Assembly: GCA_045641785.1 (NCBI GenBank) | Contig: JAZUHP010000108.1 | Location: forward strand, 2,146-66,145 | Length of the DNA stretch: 64,000 nt | Direction of reading: 5' to 3' | From: Bacteroidaceae bacterium | GTDB taxonomy: Bacteria; Bacteroidota; Bacteroidia; Bacteroidales; Bacteroidaceae | Part shown: piece after piece, positions 57,625 through 64,000 of the stretch | Layout of the letters: each line of letters starts with the position of its first letter | Numbering within the stretch: the stretch's first letter is position 1 | Notes under the pieces: model-generated | Databases searched by the model: none | What the model was told of the DNA's origin: nothing | The model's input: only the letters and a program-made list of their open reading frames with translations | Translations under genes and position numbers: made by a program

Positions 57625-58407
57625 TTATGAATTTGTTGTAAACTTCACTATGCAATCTATGCAGACAGGACTTTGGGAAATAGAGTCAATAAACACGTTA
57701 GCAGGATGCATGTCTTCCAATGCAATACGATCTGAGATATAATTCACTCCTTCACCATTCCAATTATCACGGAACCCTTTAGAGATAGCCATATTGTCTA
57801 TTTCCGCTTTAGTTGCTAATCTTTGGCAGGTAACGTAAGGTTGTGTGAGAATAATACGGAAAAGTCCATCTGAGTCACGTGTAAATCCTATCACGCGCAT
57901 TGCTGTTTCTGGGAACAGGTAATTATGCAAAGCAATCGCATCGAGTGCTTTCTGAGTTGTGGAATAGATAGATGCACGCTCTTTGACTACAGCAATATCA
58001 CCTTCTTTGTAATAGACTTTTGCTTCTGCTCCTTGAGCTATCTTTTCTCCAAAATTATCAATAAGCAGTTGCTCAGAGTTTTCAATCCACGTATCTTTTG
58101 CTCGTGCCCAGTGCTCTATGAGTTGCTCTTGTTGTTCGTCTATCTGCCAGCTTGCTGGTTTTCCTTGGCTTTCTGAAGCATAGCTACCTGATTCAAGGCT
58201 TGCTGTCGCGTAGCTCGCGATGATGGACGCCCCAATGAGGAGCGGACCTGCATTGCAGAATCCTGCATGCTCTGATAAATTGAATCGATAAAAGTTTGTG
58301 GTGCCATATAGTATATCATTAATGTAGGTATCAATAATTTGAATGGTATCTGCATTGAAACCATTCTTCGCTATTATTTCATATATGTTTAATAAAGCAT
58401 TATTCAT
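57625..58407 (-). CDS. minimal Bud32/RIO/polyvalent-type protein-kinase-fold protein with an unrecognised ~115-aa N-terminal domain
   Basis: Gly-rich loop GAEAKVY (126-132), Lys142 in VVKER, catalytic loop D232-M-H-P-A-N237, and ID251C in the DFG position. Confidence 0.55.
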   Translation of the reverse strand: MNNALLNIYEIIAKNGFNADTIQIIDTYINDILYGTTNFYRFNLSEHAGFCNAGPLLIGASIIASYATASLESGSYASESQGKPASWQIDEQQEQLIEHWARAKDTWIENSEQLLIDNFGEKIAQGAEAKVYYKEGDIAVVKERASIYSTTQKALDAIALHNYLFPETAMRVIGFTRDSDGLFRIILTQPYVTCQRLATKAEIDNMAISKGFRDNWNGEGVNYISDRIALEDMHPANVFIDSISQSPVCIDCIVKFTTNS

Positions 58408-58543
58408 ACCTAAATTTGTTATAATTTGTGCTAATCAAAGTTCCTGCCCTTATTGCTTAAGCAGGTAAACTCGAGTGATAAAATTTCTTGTTTGTGTCAC
58501 TCAATGTTATATTTAATGTACACATAATACCTCTTTTTGGTCG

Positions 58544-58551
58544 CAAAGATA
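58544..58551 (-). promoter_or_regulatory. -7 promoter box (TAtcTTTG) for the kinase-like gene
   Basis: Exact TAnnTTTG on the minus strand, ~137 nt upstream of ATG 58407. Confidence 0.4.
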
Positions 58552-58625
58552 ATGTTTTTTCTCTTTTACCGTTAGTATTTGAGTGTTAAATGTGTGAATG
58601 ATGTACATTTTTAACTAACGCCATA

Positions 58626-58799
58626 CTATTCCTCATCCGGTTGCTGACCATCATGTGCCTTCCACATACATTCGGTGATCTACATGCCTGTGAAGATAGC
58701 TTTGAACGATGATTCTTCTGGAGAGCAAGCGTAAATGCCGAAACGGATATTGTCCTTTGCCTCATACATGTGGCACACTCGCATCTGGCTCCATTCCTT
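58626..58799 (-). pseudogene. C-terminal remnant of a DUF1349-like (concanavalin-like, Ree1-type) gene with an in-frame stop
   Basis: The minus-strand frame reads KEWSQMRVCHMYEAKDNIRFGIYACSPEESSFKAIFTGM*ITECMWKAHDGQQPDEE*. The internal TAG is at 58680-58682. Confidence 0.5.
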
Positions 58800-58908
58800 A
58801 GTATTTCTCCTTTGTACTAACCTGAAGCACCGTTTTTTTTATTAAACCCATCCTATATGTCATGAAAAATTCATATCTTAGCACCAAAGTTAAAAGAAAA
58901 AGACTGGA

Positions 58909-58975
58909 CTCTTCTAGACTCCCTAGCTCTTCTAGAATCTCTAGAACCTCTAGCTATTCTAGAATCTCTAGCACT
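58909..58975 (+). repeat. CTAG-word array upstream of the four-helix-bundle gene
   Basis: 7 CTAG in 58 nt, including 4 TCTAGA (58913, 58931, 58940, 58958) and 3 CTAGC. Confidence 0.9.
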
Positions 58976-59017
58976 TCTGAAAAAACAATTATTAACTCTA
59001 AAAAAACTCTATTAGCT

Positions 59018-59848
59018 ATGCCAGACAGCCCCAACCCTAAGGACTTCAAAATCCTAAAGCCCCAGGTGAGATGGGAGAACCTATACTTCTACCAGAAGTC
59101 TGATGTTATCTACCAGATGTCATTTGTGTTCTGCGACCGCTTCATACATCTGTATAAGGATCGTACCCGTGATCAGGTTATTCAGGCAGCACGTTCATGC
59201 AAGCAGAACATAGTGGAAGGGTTGGCAGACGGAGTGACCTCAACGGAGATGCAGATGAAGCTGCTCAATGTGGCACGCTCTTCGCTCAAGGAACTGCGAG
59301 AGGACTTTGAGGACTATGTCAAGTCACGTCATCTCAAGTTCTATGGTAATCCCCAGGGTGATGTGATACCCTCATCATACTATGACAATGATACATACAG
59401 ATATGATGCGATGCTTCTCTTCTGTCGCAATCATAACAAACTCAGCGAATATGAGCCATATTTCCAGTCATGGACAGACGAAGAGCTTTGTAACTATGGA
59501 ATCACACTCTGTCACATGATTGATAAGATGATGCTTAGCTTCATGTCGAAGCTGGAGCAAGAGTTTGTGACGGAAGGAGGCATCAAGGAACGAATGTACA
59601 AAGCACGCACAGGCTACCGTTCTGCACAGGATGACCGCCTCCTACAACTTGAAGCAGAGCGTCCAAAGATGGAAGCAGAACTCGCCTCTCTCCGTCAGCA
59701 ACTACATCAGGCACAGCATGAGGCACAAAAGTGGCACTCTGCCTACGATGATCTCAAGACTCGCGCCCTCTGCGCCTACAACGAGAAACTCGCGGAGATA
59801 GAGGCTCTGAAGTTAAATAATGCTAATCTCGAACACATTGCAGAATGA
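59018..59848 (+). CDS. four-helix-bundle protein (23S rRNA IVS protein / Avd-like family) with a C-terminal suffix domain and coiled coil
   Basis: Contains LYFYQKSDVIYQMSFVFCDRF...QAARSCKQNIVEG...ARSSLKEL, typical of the family. The C-terminal part is a heptad-rich region (LQLEAERPKMEAELASLRQQLHQAQHEAQKW). Start set at ATG 59018, because the upstream part of the ORF reads through the CTAG repeat. Confidence 0.7.
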   Translation: MPDSPNPKDFKILKPQVRWENLYFYQKSDVIYQMSFVFCDRFIHLYKDRTRDQVIQAARSCKQNIVEGLADGVTSTEMQMKLLNVARSSLKELREDFEDYVKSRHLKFYGNPQGDVIPSSYYDNDTYRYDAMLLFCRNHNKLSEYEPYFQSWTDEELCNYGITLCHMIDKMMLSFMSKLEQEFVTEGGIKERMYKARTGYRSAQDDRLLQLEAERPKMEAELASLRQQLHQAQHEAQKWHSAYDDLKTRALCAYNEKLAEIEALKLNNANLEHIAE

Positions 59849-59864
59849 CAAAGAAGAAATCTGT

Positions 59865-59972
59865 TCCAAAGTGCTGGAACTGTTCGTTCTCATATTCAAT
59901 GCTACCTTTTAGCCAGTTGTCCGAATCAAGATACATCTCCACACCACACTGGTCGAAGCGATAATGACATTT
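59865..59972 (-). pseudogene. central remnant of the same DUF1349-like gene
   Basis: The minus-strand frame reads KCHYRFDQCGVEMYLDSDNWLKGSIEYENEQFQHFG. It matches the family pattern [YF]DQxG...D..NW.K..IE[FY]. A stop lies upstream, and the N-terminal third of the gene is missing. Confidence 0.5.
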
Positions 59973-60000
59973 CAATCTAAGCAAGGATTACGCAATTAAG

Positions 60001-60034
60001 ATAGCCCTGTCAGCACAATGGTTGACAGGGCTAT
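60001..60034. terminator. bidirectional terminator hairpin between the islet and ligA
   Basis: atagccctgtcag / ttgacagggctat (12/13) with an 8-nt loop, followed by tatttg. Confidence 0.6.
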
Positions 60035-60086
60035 TATTTGCTCAACTTTAGCTTTTAGTTTAGTCTTTCGATTAAAACCGTACAAC

Positions 60087-62170
<2,084 letters not shown>

Positions 62171-62175
62171 GTTCT

Positions 62176-63873
62176 TTACTCTTCCATCAGTTTTCTGTAT
62201 CTTGCTCTCTTTGGCTCTTCTATGCCAATACGCTTACACTTGTTTGCCTCGTAGTCAGTGTATGAGCCTTCAAAGAAGAATACCTCTCCGTTACCCTCAA
62301 ATGCAAGGATATGAGTACAGATACGGTCAAGGAACCAACGGTCGTGACTGATAACTACTGCACAACCTGCGAAGTTCTCAAGACCTTCCTCAAGAGCACG
62401 AAGTGTATTAACATCAATATCGTTTGTAGGCTCATCGAGAAGGAGTACATTACCCTCCTGCTTGAGTGCCATGGCAAGGTGAAGACGGTTACGCTCACCA
62501 CCTGAGAGTACGCCACAAAGCTTCTCCTGGTCAGCACCGTTGAAGTTGAAGCGACTGAGGTATGCTCGTACATTGAGGTCACGGTTTCCGATACGGATTG
62601 TCTCGTTGCCCTGACTCACTACCTGATAGACGCTCTCATCTGCCTTGATGTCCTTATGCTGCTGGTCAACATATGCGAGCTTTACAGTCTCTCCTACCTC
62701 GAATGTACCTGCATCAGGAGTCTCAAGTCCCATGATAAGGCGGAACATGGTTGTCTTACCTGCACCGTTAGGACCTATAACACCTACGATACCGTTAGGT
62801 GGGAGGTTGAAGTTGAGGTCTGTGAATAGTGTCTTGTTACCGAATGCCTTAGCCATGTGCTGTGCCTCAATGACCTTATTACCAAGACGAGGACCATTAG
62901 GGATGAAGATCTCAAGTTTTTCCTCACGCTCCTTCTGCTCCTCATTGAGCATCTTGTCGTAAGAGTTAAGACGAGCCTTACCCTTTGCCTGACGAGCCTT
63001 AGGTGCCATGCGTACCCACTCCAACTCTCGTTCAAGAGCCTTGCGACGCTTGCTTGCTGTCTTCTCTTCCTGAGCCATACGCTTTGACTTCTGGTCGAGC
63101 CAGCTTGAGTAGTTACCCTTCCATGGAATACCCTCACCACGGTCGAGTTCGAGAATCCACTCGCTCACATCATCAAGGAAGTAACGGTCGTGTGTAACGG
63201 CGATTACTGTTCCCTCATACTGCTGGAGGTGCTGCTCAAGCCAGTCAATAGACTCTGCATCGAGGTGGTTGGTAGGCTCATCAAGGAGAAGCACATCCGG
63301 TTTAGAGAGAAGAAGGCGGCAGAGAGCCACACGACGACGCTCACCACCAGAGAGGTTCTCCACACTCCAATCACCAGGAGGACAACGGAGTGCATCCATA
63401 GCACGCTCAAGTTTGCTATCAATATTCCATGCGTCTGTTGCATCAATAATATCCTGAAGCTCTGCCTGACGGTTCATGAGTTTATCCATCTTATCGGCAT
63501 CCTCATAATACTCAGGAAGGCCGAACTTATCGTTTATCTCATCATATTCGCGAAGTGCATCATAGATGTGCTGAACACCCTCCATCACATTCTCCTTGAC
63601 GGTCTTTGCCTCATCAAGCTGTGGTTCCTGTGGAAGATAACCCACACTATATCCAGGACTCCATACTACCTCACCCTGGAACTGAGTGTCCAACCCTGCA
63701 ATAATCTTCATGAGGGTTGACTTACCAGCACCATTCAAACCTACGATACCTATCTTTGCACCATAGAAGAAAGAGAGGTAAATGTTTTTAAGCACTTGCT
63801 TCTGATTCTGCTGAATGATCTTGCTGACGCCGACCATCGAGAATATCACTTTTTTGTCATCTACTGTTGCCAT
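62176..63873 (-). CDS. ettA: energy-dependent translational throttle protein EttA (ABC-F)
   Basis: 565 aa. Two ABC cassettes (GLNGAGKST, GPNGAGKTT) with an inter-domain linker. The N-terminus aligns with E. coli EttA as I remember it. Confidence 0.92.
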   Translation of the reverse strand: MATVDDKKVIFSMVGVSKIIQQNQKQVLKNIYLSFFYGAKIGIVGLNGAGKSTLMKIIAGLDTQFQGEVVWSPGYSVGYLPQEPQLDEAKTVKENVMEGVQHIYDALREYDEINDKFGLPEYYEDADKMDKLMNRQAELQDIIDATDAWNIDSKLERAMDALRCPPGDWSVENLSGGERRRVALCRLLLSKPDVLLLDEPTNHLDAESIDWLEQHLQQYEGTVIAVTHDRYFLDDVSEWILELDRGEGIPWKGNYSSWLDQKSKRMAQEEKTASKRRKALERELEWVRMAPKARQAKGKARLNSYDKMLNEEQKEREEKLEIFIPNGPRLGNKVIEAQHMAKAFGNKTLFTDLNFNLPPNGIVGVIGPNGAGKTTMFRLIMGLETPDAGTFEVGETVKLAYVDQQHKDIKADESVYQVVSQGNETIRIGNRDLNVRAYLSRFNFNGADQEKLCGVLSGGERNRLHLAMALKQEGNVLLLDEPTNDIDVNTLRALEEGLENFAGCAVVISHDRWFLDRICTHILAFEGNGEVFFFEGSYTDYEANKCKRIGIEEPKRARYRKLMEE

Positions 63874-63914
63874 AAATATATATACTATTTGACGATTTTT
63901 ATGATTTATGCTTT

Positions 63915-63960
63915 CCGGAAATCCCGGACTTACCGGATTATCCGGATTATCCGGACTATC
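63915..63960. repeat. CCGG-word array upstream of ettA
   Basis: 5 CCGG in 40 nt, of which 3 are TCCGGA. The sequence is ttccggaaatcccggacttaccggattatccggattatccggac. Confidence 0.9.
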
Positions 63961-64000
63961 TGGTTTTCCATCTCTTACTCATGATGATAAGGCTCGCCCT

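Larger units (their letters stand above)
58803..59860 (+). mobile_element. 1.06-kb cassette bounded by 13-bp imperfect inverted repeats, carrying only the four-helix-bundle gene
   Basis: atttctcctttgt (58803-58815) matches the reverse complement of acaaagaagaaat (59848-59860) at 12 of 13 positions. Both ends lie within 5 nt of the two DUF1349-like fragments. No transposase is present. Confidence 0.35.

Overview
64-kb chromosomal segment of a Bacteroidota genome, probably Bacteroidales and Prevotella-like. This placement rests on TAnnTTTG -7 promoter boxes, T9SS C-terminal sorting domains, AxAQ signal-peptide ends, a Na+-pumping methylmalonyl-CoA decarboxylase operon and the trpBEGDCFA gene order. 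About 85% of the window is ordinary housekeeping. It includes uxaA (partial), fbp class III, a complete trp operon with a Trp-codon leader and attenuator, secA, hisH-A-F-IE, ftsE, lysC, lysA, grpE-dnaJ, mce-mmdA-D-C-B, trxB, lolA-like, ftsK, dapA, ligA and ettA. I found no rRNA, tRNA, CRISPR array, integrase, transposase or phage gene. Four things deserve a second look. (1) A 5.2-kb accessory islet lies between dapA and ligA. It holds a tandemly duplicated pair (a secreted ~160-aa protein plus a leaderless ~60-aa MAYxYT...EIDWNGAV protein), a GC-rich structured leader or sRNA, a minimal Bud32/RIO-like kinase with an unknown N-domain, and a four-helix-bundle (IVS/Avd-like) gene on a 1.06-kb inverted-repeat-bounded cassette that splits a decayed DUF1349-like gene. 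(2) Almost every intergenic spacer, including spacers inside the trp, his and mmd operons, is filled with degenerate word-shuffle repeats. These fall into dispersed families and are rich in 4-6-bp palindromes. (3) A chorismatase-like gene is translationally coupled to a short CcsBA-like gene, and ~90-nt inverted repeats bracket the pair. (4) A phosphoethanolamine-transferase gene is a GC outlier. All family names come from reading the translations from memory; no database search was run.
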